Numbered from the stretch's first letter, positions 45,619 through 56,953 are shown. The stretch is 64,000 nt of DNA from an uncultured Eubacteriales bacterium (GCA_964641455.1 CAZXLH010000003.1:8592-72591), one strand, 5' to 3'. Numbers and translations are program-made. Notes: generated by a model from the letters alone, not told the origin.

Positions 45619-47775
45619 TCAGATTTTCCCGTAAAGAATAGGCAGTTTAACACACGACGGGTAATCCTCGCCGTGATAAATCTGCTGCGTAGCAATCACC
45701 GGTTTGGGATCAGTGAAAGGATCAATACCGGTATTCGTGTTCGGGAAACAAATCATATAGTCTGCCGAACTAATATCCACCCGGATTTTGTGGCCAGGCT
45801 CAAATACATAACCTGCAAAATGCAAATAAATATGGTATTTTTCAACCTTACCAGGGGTCAGCAGTGACGACGGCTCCTCCGGCCAGTTGCGAAACTCGGC
45901 GCGGATACAGTTCTTGGAAACCTGTCTGGCAACACCTTCTTCATCTACATCAGAAACGCAAACAAAGAAGTCAGTATCTACTGCACTGGAAGAAGCATAA
46001 AACTCGGCAGAAAGGTTACCTGCCACTGCCACAGGTTCAGCAAGCACCGGAGAATCATATACAAGGCAATCCTGCCTGGAATGAAGCTCATTAAGAACTG
46101 TGGGTTCAAATGAACCTTCGCTACTGCCGGTGTTTTCCGGATCGTAAACATAAGAATCGAATCTGTGTCCTTTAGCAGGAGTTGTCACAAGGCAGCCATC
46201 GCCATGCATTGAATTTGCCTTTCCACCGCTATGGAAATACAGTTCAGTAACTATAGTTTCAGTGGGACTCCAATCATCGGAATAATACCACTTATTCTCC
46301 CCTTTGCCACCAACGTAATAAGTCGCGCGAGGTTTCTTATCTTCTCCGTTGGGAATATTTTTCAGGTAGCGATCAAACCACCGAATGGTTCTGGTATCGA
46401 AATCGTAATCTATGGCATTATCACCGTACTCGATGCTCCTGCAATCACGGAATGCATTAAGTTGATGAGGCCACGGCCCAATAATAATCCGGCGGCCGGG
46501 AGTGTCATAAGCCGTAAGGAACCGCCAGGTCTCCTGTACGCCCATTGCATCACCATCGTGCCATCCAGAGATAATCAACATAGGAATCTTGACATTCTTG
46601 CCATGGAGAGTATTGTCGCACTGCTTCCAAAAATCATCGTAGTGGTAATGGCTGCCCCAAATTTCCCATATGCGAGAACGCTTGCCAATAGTCTTAATGG
46701 GTATATCCTTAAGAGGGCGTATCTTGACAGCCTCTTCAGGAACAACTGTAACGCCGCCAAATACATCGTAGTTCACCCGGTTTGATACCGATTGTCCAAG
46801 CCCCCAGCACAGCGCAGGCCAAGAGCAAACTGCACCGCCCCGGCGTACTGTATCCATAAAAAACGGCGAGCCCACATTAACCTCGCTGATTGCAGTTTTC
46901 AAGTTAGGGTGCCCGCTGGTAGCCGCGGCTGTGGTAGTGTAGCCTAGGTAGCTGGCTCCCCACATGCCAATATTGCCATCTGACCATTCCTGAGAAACGA
47001 TCCAATCGAACAAATCGTAGGCATCGTTCCGCTCGTAGTAGAAAGGCACCAGTTCGCCATCTGAATCCGAACGGCCGCGCACATCCTGGATCACAAACGC
47101 ATACCCACGGTTAACCCAATGAGTACATCGGTACATATCCCGTGATTTACCATAGCAAGTACGGACTACAATAGCCGGAAACTTCTGCCCTGGCTTGCCG
47201 CCTTCAGGCAAGAATACTTCTGTAGCAAGTTTGACACCGTCGCGGGTAGGCACCATTTGGTTGCCCAGCGGGCGAATACCGTACTCGGCCTTGGAAAGCA
47301 TAGGGTCCTGATATTTTGTAAGCGGTGTTACAGCTTCATAACCCTCCAAAATCAGCATCTCGCTGGAAATCCGCCCGGGCATGATAAAAGCAATTACCTT
47401 ACCATCTAAAGTAACTACGTCCATCACCGGCGGTTCGCCTCGTTGTGCCCAAAGCTGAGATGTAGTTTGCTTGCCGTCAACAGGCCCGGTAAACGTTAAA
47501 TAGCGGTTATAGCGCTTTCCGTTAGTAAGGGTCACCTTCTCTCCTTCCCACGCGGCATTGGCATAATCTGCAAGGTTCTCATATAGTTCTGCAAAATCGA
47601 ACAGCGACTCTTTCATGTGCTTTTCAAATGGAATATATTTAAGCTGTACCCTTGTCTGAGGGTCAACAGCAGCCCACTGCAACTCTTTTGAATCGAATGC
47701 AACTTTTCCTTCGTATACACCGGAACGGTAGTGAAAAAACGTTTTTCCTATAAGGTTATGATCCATTGAACTCAA
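45619..47775 (-). CDS. CocE/NonD (peptidase S15) hydrolase with an extra N-terminal domain
   Basis: RTCYGK, QDVRGRSDSDG, nucleophile GASYLG, GWHD and GPWPH motifs; no signal peptide. Confidence 0.88.
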   Translation of the reverse strand: MSSMDHNLIGKTFFHYRSGVYEGKVAFDSKELQWAAVDPQTRVQLKYIPFEKHMKESLFDFAELYENLADYANAAWEGEKVTLTNGKRYNRYLTFTGPVDGKQTTSQLWAQRGEPPVMDVVTLDGKVIAFIMPGRISSEMLILEGYEAVTPLTKYQDPMLSKAEYGIRPLGNQMVPTRDGVKLATEVFLPEGGKPGQKFPAIVVRTCYGKSRDMYRCTHWVNRGYAFVIQDVRGRSDSDGELVPFYYERNDAYDLFDWIVSQEWSDGNIGMWGASYLGYTTTAAATSGHPNLKTAISEVNVGSPFFMDTVRRGGAVCSWPALCWGLGQSVSNRVNYDVFGGVTVVPEEAVKIRPLKDIPIKTIGKRSRIWEIWGSHYHYDDFWKQCDNTLHGKNVKIPMLIISGWHDGDAMGVQETWRFLTAYDTPGRRIIIGPWPHQLNAFRDCRSIEYGDNAIDYDFDTRTIRWFDRYLKNIPNGEDKKPRATYYVGGKGENKWYYSDDWSPTETIVTELYFHSGGKANSMHGDGCLVTTPAKGHRFDSYVYDPENTGSSEGSFEPTVLNELHSRQDCLVYDSPVLAEPVAVAGNLSAEFYASSSAVDTDFFVCVSDVDEEGVARQVSKNCIRAEFRNWPEEPSSLLTPGKVEKYHIYLHFAGYVFEPGHKIRVDISSADYMICFPNTNTGIDPFTDPKPVIATQQIYHGEDYPSCVKLPILYGKI

Positions 47776-47782
47776 CTACCTC

Positions 47783-48745
47783 CTATTGCGACAGCTTTTC
47801 ATGGTTCCAACATCGAATGGTATGTCCGTTGCCTAAATCAGTTATAGGCGGGCTGCAATCGTAGCATTTTTGCGTAGCATAGTTGCACCGATCAGCAAAA
47901 CGGCAAGCATCCTCTGGATCTATGGGAGAAGTAATCTCACCTCGTAGCAGTATGCGGCCGGCCTCTTTGTCCAAACTCGGCACCGGAATAGCCGATAGCA
48001 GCGCCTGGGTATAGGGGTGGCGAGGGTTGGCAAACAATTCCCGAACCGGAGCCTTTTCCACCATTTGCCCTAAATACATAACCAGAATATTGTTTGAAAT
48101 GTGCTTAACCACTGACAGGTCATGGGTAATGAACATGTACGTATAGCCAAACTTCTGCTGCAAACGCTTGAGCAAATTGAGAATTTGCGCTTGAATTGAC
48201 ACGTCCAATGCCGACACCGGTTCGTCACAAACAATGAATTCCGGATCCAGCGCTAACGCACGAGCTATTCCAATTCGCTGGCGGCGTCCACCGTCAAGCT
48301 CATGAGGATAAGAGTTGACCAGACGGTCTGCCAGCCCCACAAGTTCCATAAGCTCATATACCCGGTTTTCAAGGCCCGTGTTGTCGGAATACACTTTGTG
48401 AATGATTAGGGGCTCTGCAATCGTATCGTACACCGTCTTGCGTGGGTTCAGCGAAGAAAACGGATCTTGGAAAATGATCTGGACTCGTTTGCGATACTCT
48501 TTCAACTCATTGCCTTCAAGGTTAAGTATGTTTTCCCCATCGAAAAACACTTCTCCGTCTGTAGCATCGGTTAATCTGACCATAACCCTGCCCATAGTGC
48601 TTTTTCCACATCCGGATTCACCAACAACGCCAAGGGTTTCACCTTTGTCAATCGTAAAATTCACACCGTCCACCGCATGGAGCAGGCCGCCAGGGGTTTC
48701 GAAATACTTCGTAAGGTTTCTTACCTCTATGTAGTGTTCAGACAT
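47783..48745 (-). CDS. Oligopeptide ABC transporter ATPase (OppF-like)
   Basis: GESGCGKST, ELDGGRRQRIG and HPYTQALLSAIP motifs. Confidence 0.92.
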   Translation of the reverse strand: MSEHYIEVRNLTKYFETPGGLLHAVDGVNFTIDKGETLGVVGESGCGKSTMGRVMVRLTDATDGEVFFDGENILNLEGNELKEYRKRVQIIFQDPFSSLNPRKTVYDTIAEPLIIHKVYSDNTGLENRVYELMELVGLADRLVNSYPHELDGGRRQRIGIARALALDPEFIVCDEPVSALDVSIQAQILNLLKRLQQKFGYTYMFITHDLSVVKHISNNILVMYLGQMVEKAPVRELFANPRHPYTQALLSAIPVPSLDKEAGRILLRGEITSPIDPEDACRFADRCNYATQKCYDCSPPITDLGNGHTIRCWNHEKLSQ

Positions 48746-49778
48746 TATGATACCCCTTCCCTCTTGGCAATTCGGTGGTTCTTAGCTTGTTTTCATAAAT
48801 CAAACAGCGCACACGATGCTCCTGGCCAGGCAGCGTGGTAATTGCCGGGACAATTTCACCGCATACGGGTTCGGCATATTTGCACCTGGGATGAAAAGGA
48901 CAACCTGTAGGTAAATTAGTAGGCTCAGGCATAAGCCCTTCAATTTGCGCCAAAAACTCTACCTCCTCATCAATGTTCGGAATCGATCCAAACAATCCTA
49001 CTGTGTAAGGATGAGAAGGGTTTAGATAGATATCTTCCAAGGTTCCACTCTCAATAATCTGGCCTGCATACATAATAGCGACCTTGTCACAAATCTCAGA
49101 TACAATACCTAAATCATGGGTAATCATAATCATCGAGGTGCCCAGCCGGTCGCGGAGTTCCTTCATCATGTCCAACACCTGTGCTTGAATAGTCACATCC
49201 AATGCAGTGGTAGGCTCGTCTGCAATCAGCAAACTTGGGTTACATGCCAGGGCAATGGCAATAACCACCCGTTGCTTCATACCACCTGAAAACTGATGTG
49301 GATACTCATATGCACGGTCTGCAGGAATCCGTACCAGTTCCAACATTTCAATTGCCTTATCAGTAGCTTCGCTATATGAAAGAACCTGATGGTTAGCGAT
49401 AACCTCTGCTATCTGGTCCACCACTGTCAGCACAGGATTAAGCGCAGTCATAGGATCCTGAAATATCATCGAAATCTCGCTTCCCCGGTACTTGCGGTAC
49501 TCCTCTTCGGTCAAAGTAAGGAGATCAATGCCATTGTAGACGATCTTGCCTTGCACTATTTTTCCCGGCGGGCTATCTATGAGCCCCATTACAGAGAGAG
49601 CAGTTGTAGTCTTACCGGCCCCTGTCTCTCCGACCAACCCCAAAGTCTCCTTGCGATTTAGCGAAAGGTTCAGATGATTAATTGCCTCTACTATTCCGTC
49701 ACTGGTATGAAACTCAATAACCAGACCTTGAATGTCCAGAAGTTTTTCGTCATTTGATGTCTGCTCATTCACTGGCAA
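48738..49778 (-). CDS. Oligopeptide ABC transporter ATPase (OppD-like)
   Basis: [21 protein letters not shown] and [10 protein letters not shown] motifs. Confidence 0.92.
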   Translation of the reverse strand: MPVNEQTSNDEKLLDIQGLVIEFHTSDGIVEAINHLNLSLNRKETLGLVGETGAGKTTTALSVMGLIDSPPGKIVQGKIVYNGIDLLTLTEEEYRKYRGSEISMIFQDPMTALNPVLTVVDQIAEVIANHQVLSYSEATDKAIEMLELVRIPADRAYEYPHQFSGGMKQRVVIAIALACNPSLLIADEPTTALDVTIQAQVLDMMKELRDRLGTSMIMITHDLGIVSEICDKVAIMYAGQIIESGTLEDIYLNPSHPYTVGLFGSIPNIDEEVEFLAQIEGLMPEPTNLPTGCPFHPRCKYAEPVCGEIVPAITTLPGQEHRVRCLIYENKLRTTELPRGKGYHNV

Positions 49779-49787
49779 ATCCCTCCC

Positions 49788-50687
49788 TTAATCTTTCATC
49801 CTCGGATCTAAAGCATCCCGAAGACCGTCGCCCACTAATGTCAAGGCTATAACGGTGATTACAATGGCAATACCGGGAAACGCGGTAATGTGCCATGAAT
49901 CCCGAATAAATTCCCTTCCGCTTGAAAGCATGGCACCCCATTCGGGATCGGGAGGTTGAACACCGAGGCCTATGAAGCTCAGGCCACTGATTGTCATAAT
50001 ACCGCCTGGAATGCTCATCACAAAACTAGAGATAATAGGGCTGATAGCGTTAGGCAGAATATGATGCCATATGATCCGCAAATCGCTTGCACCCTGCACC
50101 CGAACTGCATCAACATACTCAAGATCCTTGATTTTTAGTACCTGAGCCCGCGTAAGCCTAGCCTTACCGGGTATGAAACCAATGGCAATTGCAATAGTAA
50201 GATTCAACACCGTCGGCGGCATAATACTAACTAATGTAATCATCAGCAGCATAGGCGGAATGGCCATTAGAATATCCAGTCCACGCATAATCCAGGTATC
50301 TACTTTACCTCCGTAATAACCGGCTAAGGCTCCAAGAATCATGCCAATGACGCTTCCGAAAAAAACCGAAGTAATCCCGACAAACAGCGAGGTCCTTCCC
50401 CCCCAAATTATACGGGCAAACATATCACGGCCCAGCTCATCTGTGCCCAACAATGTACCTTCAGTAGGAAATTTACTCCGTTCGCCAATGTTAACGCTAA
50501 TTACATCCTCCTCGTAATCAAAAAACAATGGCGCGCTTAGACAAGTCACAACAATTATTGCCAACATAACCATGCCAATAACTGCAGTCGTGTTTTTTCG
50601 TAGGCGCATCCAGGCGTCGGCCCACAGGCTACGCTTTTTAACCTGTCTGGTTGTAGTCTTAGTCAAAGAAGTATTGATCTGCATCAT
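49788..50687 (-). CDS. Oligopeptide ABC permease (OppC-like)
   Basis: LGTDELGRD and PPDPEWGAML motifs. Confidence 0.92.
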   Translation of the reverse strand: MMQINTSLTKTTTRQVKKRSLWADAWMRLRKNTTAVIGMVMLAIIVVTCLSAPLFFDYEEDVISVNIGERSKFPTEGTLLGTDELGRDMFARIIWGGRTSLFVGITSVFFGSVIGMILGALAGYYGGKVDTWIMRGLDILMAIPPMLLMITLVSIMPPTVLNLTIAIAIGFIPGKARLTRAQVLKIKDLEYVDAVRVQGASDLRIIWHHILPNAISPIISSFVMSIPGGIMTISGLSFIGLGVQPPDPEWGAMLSSGREFIRDSWHITAFPGIAIVITVIALTLVGDGLRDALDPRMKD

Positions 50688-50688
50688 C

Positions 50689-51651
50689 CTACGCCTGAAC
50701 CTCCTTCTGTTTTCTTGCCTTTGGCTTCACATACATGGATTTGATCCTGGGATCAACGGCTGCATAGGCAAGGTCTGTAAGAAGGTTGGCCAGAGCAATA
50801 ATAACCGCAGCAATAATAACGCTTGCCATGATAGTAGGAATATCTTTCTGGCGAAGAGCGTCTACCATCATTTTACCTAAGCCATTGATGCCAAAAACCG
50901 TTTCAATAATTACCGACCCGCCTACACACCGGCCAATTGCCATGCCAATGGAAGTAACTATAGGCAGCAAGGCATTCTTTAACGCGTGCTTATGCAGAAT
51001 CCGGCCATAGGCGATTCCTTTGGCGCGAGCGGTGCGAATATAGTCCTGCCGTATCACATCCAGCATGGAAGCGCGCACCAGCCGGGAATTTGTGGTCCAT
51101 CCAGCAACAGAAAGGCAGATGAGCGGCATGATACAAGCCTTAGCGCTCTCGAGCCCGTTTGACGGCAGCCAACGCAGTTTTACCGAAAACAAAAGGATCA
51201 ACATTAGTCCCAGCCAAAAGCCAGGCATAGCAGCCAAAAGCAGAGTGACAACCCGCATCACGTTATCGAAAACAGAGTTTTGTTTTACCGCCAACAAGAT
51301 ACCCAAAGGAATTGCTATTATAAAGATCAAGAATATGGACCCAAACGAAAGCAACAGGGTATTTGGCAGGCGAATCTTTATCATTTCCGACACTGGCTGC
51401 TTGGTAGTGTAAGAAGTACCAAAGTCACCTTTAAGCACGTTACCCATGTATCGTAAGTACTGAACGATCATAGGGTCGTTGAGCCCCAGCTGTTCCCGCA
51501 TCATTTCCAGCTCCTCCGGCTTGGCACCTACACCAAGAATCATCTGTGCAGGATCGCCTGGGCTTAAGGAGAGCAGGACGAATACCAAAAGAGTGACCCC
51601 AATAAGAATAGGAATTATTTGCAGCAACCGATTTACAATGTACTTGCTCAT
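50689..51651 (-). CDS. Oligopeptide ABC permease (OppB-like)
   Basis: PGDPA, GDFGTSY and DYIRTARAKG motifs. Confidence 0.92.
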   Translation of the reverse strand: MSKYIVNRLLQIIPILIGVTLLVFVLLSLSPGDPAQMILGVGAKPEELEMMREQLGLNDPMIVQYLRYMGNVLKGDFGTSYTTKQPVSEMIKIRLPNTLLLSFGSIFLIFIIAIPLGILLAVKQNSVFDNVMRVVTLLLAAMPGFWLGLMLILLFSVKLRWLPSNGLESAKACIMPLICLSVAGWTTNSRLVRASMLDVIRQDYIRTARAKGIAYGRILHKHALKNALLPIVTSIGMAIGRCVGGSVIIETVFGINGLGKMMVDALRQKDIPTIMASVIIAAVIIALANLLTDLAYAAVDPRIKSMYVKPKARKQKEVQA

Positions 51652-51679
51652 GGTCTCTCCCCTATTTCGTTCTTCGTCG

Positions 51680-51719
51680 GTGAATGGGCTGTCACAAGTA
51701 CTTGTAACAGCCCGTCCAC
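51680..51719. other. Intercistronic stem-loop between the binding-protein and permease genes
   Basis: GTGAATGGGCTGTCACAAG / TTGTAACAGCCCGTCCAC inverted repeat; such hairpins commonly stabilise binding-protein mRNA. Confidence 0.55.
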
Positions 51720-51746
51720 TACAAACAAAGAAATATCTCTACAGCA

Positions 51747-53261
51747 TTACTCAAAATAAGCATTGCGGAAGGAATAGATTGAACTTGAGTAAATTCGTAC
51801 TCCCTGCAAGGCTTTATCACAAGCAAAGATTGCCTGCCTGCTAAAGGTGGGTATGATAGGCATTTCTGAAGCTGCGATATCCTGACACTCCCGTGCAGCC
51901 TCTATCAAAGCCTCCTCGTCAGCAGCAGCCTTGGCAATGTTGAACAACTCATCACAACGTGGGTTCTCGAAGAAAGAGATGTTTCTCGAACCGAAACTGC
52001 CTGTCCAATAGTTTTCAAGCGCAACCAAAGGATCACCGGTAGTATTGTTCCAAGAGCCACACAACATCTGATACTCACCGTTAGCCATACCTTCCAGGAA
52101 CACGCCAAATTCCAGGTTGGTAATTGACATATCGACACCAATGCTCTTAAGCACAGCTTGGTATGCTTCCATAATGGAGGTATGCCCGCCATAAACCCAA
52201 GCCTCAAACGTCAGAGGATTAGATTCATTGTAACCTTCAGCTTCCAAAAGTTGCTTTGCCTTTTCCAGGTTGTACTCGGGTACATTGGGCGACGAATAGT
52301 AAGTATTGAACATTGGAGGAGTCATACTGTCAATAACGCTGGCGCCGCCTTGAATAGTGGCGAGGCTTTCCTTGTCGCAGGCATAAGCCATTGCCAATCG
52401 AATATTCTTGTTATCGAAAGGTGCTTTTTTGTTATTCATAGATATGAACGAAGTGTTAGTAGTTGTCTTGGTTATCACATTTAGATTATCGTTTTGCTCG
52501 GCTCGTTCCATATCCTGATAGTCTATAGCAGCAAACTGCGCCTCTCCGGTTTCAACAGAGATATAACGGTTGGCAGCTTCTTCAATAACCTTGAAAGTGA
52601 TATTCTTAATCTTCGGTTTTTCAAACGGATAATCTTCCCATGCTGTAAGTTCAAGTTTGTCACCGGGAATGAAGTTCTTGACCACATAAGGGCCGGTACC
52701 AACCGGTTCGTTGGCATAAGCCTCTCCGGCACTTTCACAGTAAGACTTGTTGTAAACGTGAGCATTAGCCATCAGGTTCCTAATTGTACCGCTGTTTGGC
52801 TCTTTAAGTTTGATAGTGACTTCCTTATCACCGGTAACCTCAACTGAATCCACATTGCTCATGTATGAAGCACATTTGGGGATATCGTGCAAACGCTCTA
52901 TAGAAAATACAATGTCTTCCATCTCCAGGGGTTCACCATTATGGAACATGAAACCGTCTCCAACAGTGAACTTGAAGGTTAGATCATCAACCTGTTCCCA
53001 GGAATCGGCAACCGCAGCCTCATAGTTAAAGTCTTCGTCTACAGCAATAATGTAATCATAGATATGACTCGTGGCAATAGAAACGTTAGTAAAGTTGGCA
53101 ACTGCAGCATCCAGGGTGTTACCAATAGCGGAAATAGCTACAAATATACTATTGCGGCCGGAAGTATCCGGGCCCTCTCCTTGAGACGTTGAAGGAGTGC
53201 AACCCACCAGACTTGCTACCATGCAGACAGTCAAAACAAGCACAACAACTCTTCTTTTCAT
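51747..53261 (-). CDS. Oligopeptide-binding lipoprotein (SBP family 5)
   Basis: Lipobox LVGC after MKRR at 53261; GTGPY motif. Confidence 0.9.
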   Translation of the reverse strand: MKRRVVVLVLTVCMVASLVGCTPSTSQGEGPDTSGRNSIFVAISAIGNTLDAAVANFTNVSIATSHIYDYIIAVDEDFNYEAAVADSWEQVDDLTFKFTVGDGFMFHNGEPLEMEDIVFSIERLHDIPKCASYMSNVDSVEVTGDKEVTIKLKEPNSGTIRNLMANAHVYNKSYCESAGEAYANEPVGTGPYVVKNFIPGDKLELTAWEDYPFEKPKIKNITFKVIEEAANRYISVETGEAQFAAIDYQDMERAEQNDNLNVITKTTTNTSFISMNNKKAPFDNKNIRLAMAYACDKESLATIQGGASVIDSMTPPMFNTYYSSPNVPEYNLEKAKQLLEAEGYNESNPLTFEAWVYGGHTSIMEAYQAVLKSIGVDMSITNLEFGVFLEGMANGEYQMLCGSWNNTTGDPLVALENYWTGSFGSRNISFFENPRCDELFNIAKAAADEEALIEAARECQDIAASEMPIIPTFSRQAIFACDKALQGVRIYSSSIYSFRNAYFE

Positions 53262-53420
53262 TTTGCTATGTGTACTGCCATTCTTCAATGCGGCAGTACC
53301 CCTCCTTTCTTGATTTGAACCGGTATCAAAGCCAACACCTGTCAACGAGACAAACGGAAATTTTCCCCCACCCTGTTACCACACAATCATGAGCGTCAAC
53401 AGGGCAGGGCAACAAACCAA

Positions 53421-54575
53421 TTACTTGCAAACCTCGCTCAACACACGCATCCAATTACCACCGATAATTTTGATAATATCGTCATCCCTGTAACCACGTG
53501 ATACCAGGCCTGCGGTAAGATTACCAAGGTCGCGGTAATCCTTGATTCCGTGGATGTACTCAATTGAGGGGCCATCCCCTGGCTTAAAGCCAATAGTCGG
53601 CGCCACATGTTCCTTAAAAGCCAGTGCCATCCATTTGGTTTGGGGCATTGGCCAGTCAGTTCCGATGCCGACATGATTAACGCCAATCAAATTCACCACA
53701 TAGTCAATGTGATCAAGCACATGCTCAATTGTGCTATTATTGGGATCCTCTGCAATAAACCACGGCATTGCGAATATCCCCACTACTCCGCCGGTACCGG
53801 CAATCGCTTTGAGTTCCTCATCGGACTTACAACGGTTGTGTAAATAAACCTTTTCACCGCCTGTATGAGATGCAATTACCGGGGCTTTAGAATGCTTGCA
53901 AGCATCCATGGTAGTCTGATAGCCGCAGTGGCCGGTATCCACAATAATCCCTAGCTCATTACACTTGGCTACGAACTTAATTCCGAACCTGGAAAGCCCG
54001 GCATCATTCGGCTCCATGCAACCTGCACCTACCAAATTGTGATTGTTATAGGTAAGTTGCTGAACCCGCAGGCCAAAATCGTATGCCATTTCCAAGAGTC
54101 CAAGATCCGTTCCGTAACCCAAAGTCTCCTGGCTTGTAACAATACCTGCCTTAAGGCCGTTTCTGTGAGCATACTCCACTTCTTCGGCATTGCGCGCCTT
54201 AATGAGCCATGGTTTGAAGTCAAACTCGCACTGTATATGTACCATGCTCTTAAACAAAGAATTCTTGTCAATAATACTCAACTGACGGCAACCGGCGGTG
54301 ATCCCACTTTCATACCAACACTGCTTGTACAAATCACTGAGCCTGCCCTTGGTAAACCATTGCCTGATTAACCTCTGTGCATAGGCCACCTGCGCCACCA
54401 CATCATAGGGATGTGCTTCTCGGGCAAGGGCTTGTAGTTCTTCCTCCAGTTCCTCTGGAAGTGCATAGGTACCGATTGGTCCCTGGAACAACATGTCTAT
54501 CACTATGTTTTCTTCATGCAATTTCTTTGCGTGCTGCTGTTGCTGTTCCGTGAGCCCAAAATCATATGGAACCAT
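53421..54575 (-). CDS. Membrane dipeptidase family (M19) protein
   Basis: QLTYNNHN, VDTGH, IASH, RCKSDE and HVGIGTD motifs. Confidence 0.85.
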   Translation of the reverse strand: MVPYDFGLTEQQQQHAKKLHEENIVIDMLFQGPIGTYALPEELEEELQALAREAHPYDVVAQVAYAQRLIRQWFTKGRLSDLYKQCWYESGITAGCRQLSIIDKNSLFKSMVHIQCEFDFKPWLIKARNAEEVEYAHRNGLKAGIVTSQETLGYGTDLGLLEMAYDFGLRVQQLTYNNHNLVGAGCMEPNDAGLSRFGIKFVAKCNELGIIVDTGHCGYQTTMDACKHSKAPVIASHTGGEKVYLHNRCKSDEELKAIAGTGGVVGIFAMPWFIAEDPNNSTIEHVLDHIDYVVNLIGVNHVGIGTDWPMPQTKWMALAFKEHVAPTIGFKPGDGPSIEYIHGIKDYRDLGNLTAGLVSRGYRDDDIIKIIGGNWMRVLSEVCK

Positions 54576-54592
54576 GGAAATACCTCCTTTGC

Positions 54593-55537
54593 CTATTCCA
54601 GGGTTTCGGCTACAAAGTTAGCTGCAATCAGATCTTCAAGTGCCTGTCCCAACGCCTCGAAAATTGTGATATCGCTATCACTTATCCTGCCAGGTAGCAT
54701 ACCGGACAAAACCTGCCCAGCCTCACCAAGAATGTGCTCCTCGGTAATGGAACCATCCTGCACAGCGAGCAAGTAGTCACCTGCCTCCACCACAACAGCA
54801 GGCTTCCAATCCACAAACAACCGGCCGGCTTTAACCAAATCAGAAGAAAGTTCTCGAGCATCCGGCGAGCAGGCCCCTACCGCATTGATATGAGTTCCAG
54901 GTTTTACATCTTTGCCAGAAAGGATAGACTCCTGAGAAGGAGTCAGAGTACATATGATATCCGCATCCTTTGTGGCTTCACTTACACTGGAGCAAACGCG
55001 TATGGGCAAGCCGGTTTTTTGGCCCATTTCTTCTGCATAAAGCAAAGCAGCCTCTGAAGAAATATCCCATACAGTGACATCATTGAGGTTTCGCACCAGA
55101 CTAATGGCTTCCAGATGCCGCCTGCCCTGAAGCCCGGCACCTAAAATAGCCAATCTGGAAGCATCCTGGCGAGATAACGCCTTAGTGGCTGCAGCTGAAA
55201 CTGCAGCAGTGCGGATCCCAGTGACAGACTCTGCGTCCACAATTGCCTTAATGCTGCCTGTTTCGGCATCGAACACAAGTATCTGCCCTTGATGAGATGG
55301 AAGCCCTTTCTTGTAGTTTTCCGGAAACACTGCAAGGATCTTTATTCCGGCTACCTTTTCAGAAGCTATATAGGCAGGCATCATACCCAACACATTCCTA
55401 TCATACAACGGAAAAACCGGCCTGATAATCTGTTTTCCATCTCCATTGGAAAGTGCTATCAGTGCATCCTTCATTAGTCCGATACAACGCTCCATATCCA
55501 GAGCTTGTTCCACCTGTGCCTTATTGATTATTTTCAT
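54593..55537 (-). CDS. Ornithine cyclodeaminase/mu-crystallin family protein
   Basis: MPA..., TGIRTAAVS, GAGLQG, HINAVG and G.ALED motifs. Confidence 0.9.
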   Translation of the reverse strand: MKIINKAQVEQALDMERCIGLMKDALIALSNGDGKQIIRPVFPLYDRNVLGMMPAYIASEKVAGIKILAVFPENYKKGLPSHQGQILVFDAETGSIKAIVDAESVTGIRTAAVSAAATKALSRQDASRLAILGAGLQGRRHLEAISLVRNLNDVTVWDISSEAALLYAEEMGQKTGLPIRVCSSVSEATKDADIICTLTPSQESILSGKDVKPGTHINAVGACSPDARELSSDLVKAGRLFVDWKPAVVVEAGDYLLAVQDGSITEEHILGEAGQVLSGMLPGRISDSDITIFEALGQALEDLIAANFVAETLE

Positions 55538-55573
55538 AGACCGTCTTCCTTTTTTGATTATGTAGTGGCTATT

Positions 55574-56953
55574 TCATTTCACCGGTTTGAGTTTGGCGGT
55601 GAAGTGACGAAGCACTTTCGGCTGCCAGACGATCTCATACCCCTTTACCTGATCAGCCCGTTTCTGAATGTTACTCAGCGCCTTAGCCACTAAGTCAAGA
55701 TGCGCCTGGGTGTATACTCTACGCGGCAGGCAAAGGCGAGTAAATTCCATTTCACTTTCCAGTTGCTCACCGGTTACCGGATCGGGATCCAACATGAAAG
55801 AACCGATATCGCAACCACGGATGCCGGCCTCCAGATAAAGTTCGGCTGCCAATGCATGTCCGGGGAACTGATAATACGGAATATGAGGCAAGAGCTTCTT
55901 GGCATCAATAAACACAGCGTGTCCGCCTACAGGATACTGAAACGGTACTCCGGCTTCCCGAAGCAGATCGCCTAAATATTCCACTTGCCCAATTCGATAG
56001 CGCAAGAAATCAACATCTATGCCTTCATAGAGGCCAATAGCCAAAGCTTCCAGGTCGCGTCCGGCCAGGCCTCCGTAGGTAACAAAACCTTCATATGGAA
56101 CCGTATAGCTTTGCACCTCGCGGAAAAGTTCTTCATCATCTTTTACGCCGATAAGCCCACCCATGTTAACAATGCCGTCTTTCTTTGCCGACATTGTAAA
56201 AGCAGTGGCATAGCTAAACGCCTCACGCGTAATGTCATCAATAGACTTATCTTCGTAACCAGGTTCCCGCGTCATAATAAAATAAGCATTTTCTGCAAAC
56301 CGTGCAGCATCAATCACCATAGGAATCCCATGCTTGTCGGCAACCTTGGCAGTCTCTTTGATATTTTCCATTGATACAGGCTGCCCGCCTGCAGTATTGT
56401 TAGTTATGGTCATAATAATAGCGCCGACCTTATCAGCGCCCACTTTGCTGATAAATGCCTCTAAGGCCTCAACATCCATGTTGCCCTTAAACGGAGCATA
56501 ATTGCTTGTATCACGGGCTTCTGCCACTACAATATCCTTGGGAATCGCCTTGCACAGCCCCACATGGCCTCGCGTGGTATCAAAGTGCATATTCGAAACA
56601 GAATACTGGCCCTCGCTGAGAAGGCAGGGCAACAACACCTTCTCTGCCGCACGCCCCTGATGTACAGGCTGAGCAAAACGATAGCCGAAAATGTCTTTGA
56701 CCGCATCCATAAGCCTGTAATAGCCTCGAGCGCCTGCATAGCTCTCATCGCCTTGTAGAATACCGGCCCACTGAGTGTCACTCATGGCGCCGGTACCACT
56801 GTCGGTAAGCATGTCTATGTACACGTAATCGCTTTTTAAGGAAAACAAATTGTAATGAGCTTCCTCTAGATACTTTTCACGTTCCTCCCGAGTGGTAAGA
56901 GTCAGTGGCTCTACCATTTTAATCTTAAACGGTTCCGCAACATATTCTGCCAT
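55574..56953 (-). CDS. tnaA: Tryptophanase-like PLP beta-eliminating lyase
   Basis: DMLTDSG, HQGRAAE, FDTTR, SAKKD (PLP Lys) and LRHFTA. D in FDTTR, I in DIGS and H in RHF indicate tryptophanase rather than tyrosine phenol-lyase. Confidence 0.78.
   Translation of the reverse strand: MAEYVAEPFKIKMVEPLTLTTREEREKYLEEAHYNLFSLKSDYVYIDMLTDSGTGAMSDTQWAGILQGDESYAGARGYYRLMDAVKDIFGYRFAQPVHQGRAAEKVLLPCLLSEGQYSVSNMHFDTTRGHVGLCKAIPKDIVVAEARDTSNYAPFKGNMDVEALEAFISKVGADKVGAIIMTITNNTAGGQPVSMENIKETAKVADKHGIPMVIDAARFAENAYFIMTREPGYEDKSIDDITREAFSYATAFTMSAKKDGIVNMGGLIGVKDDEELFREVQSYTVPYEGFVTYGGLAGRDLEALAIGLYEGIDVDFLRYRIGQVEYLGDLLREAGVPFQYPVGGHAVFIDAKKLLPHIPYYQFPGHALAAELYLEAGIRGCDIGSFMLDPDPVTGEQLESEMEFTRLCLPRRVYTQAHLDLVAKALSNIQKRADQVKGYEIVWQPKVLRHFTAKLKPVK

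Noticed and set aside
55574-56953. Tyrosine phenol-lyase
   Set aside because: It lacks the TPL determinants (Thr in FTTTR, Arg in MERG, RFF) and has the tryptophanase-type D, I and H instead.
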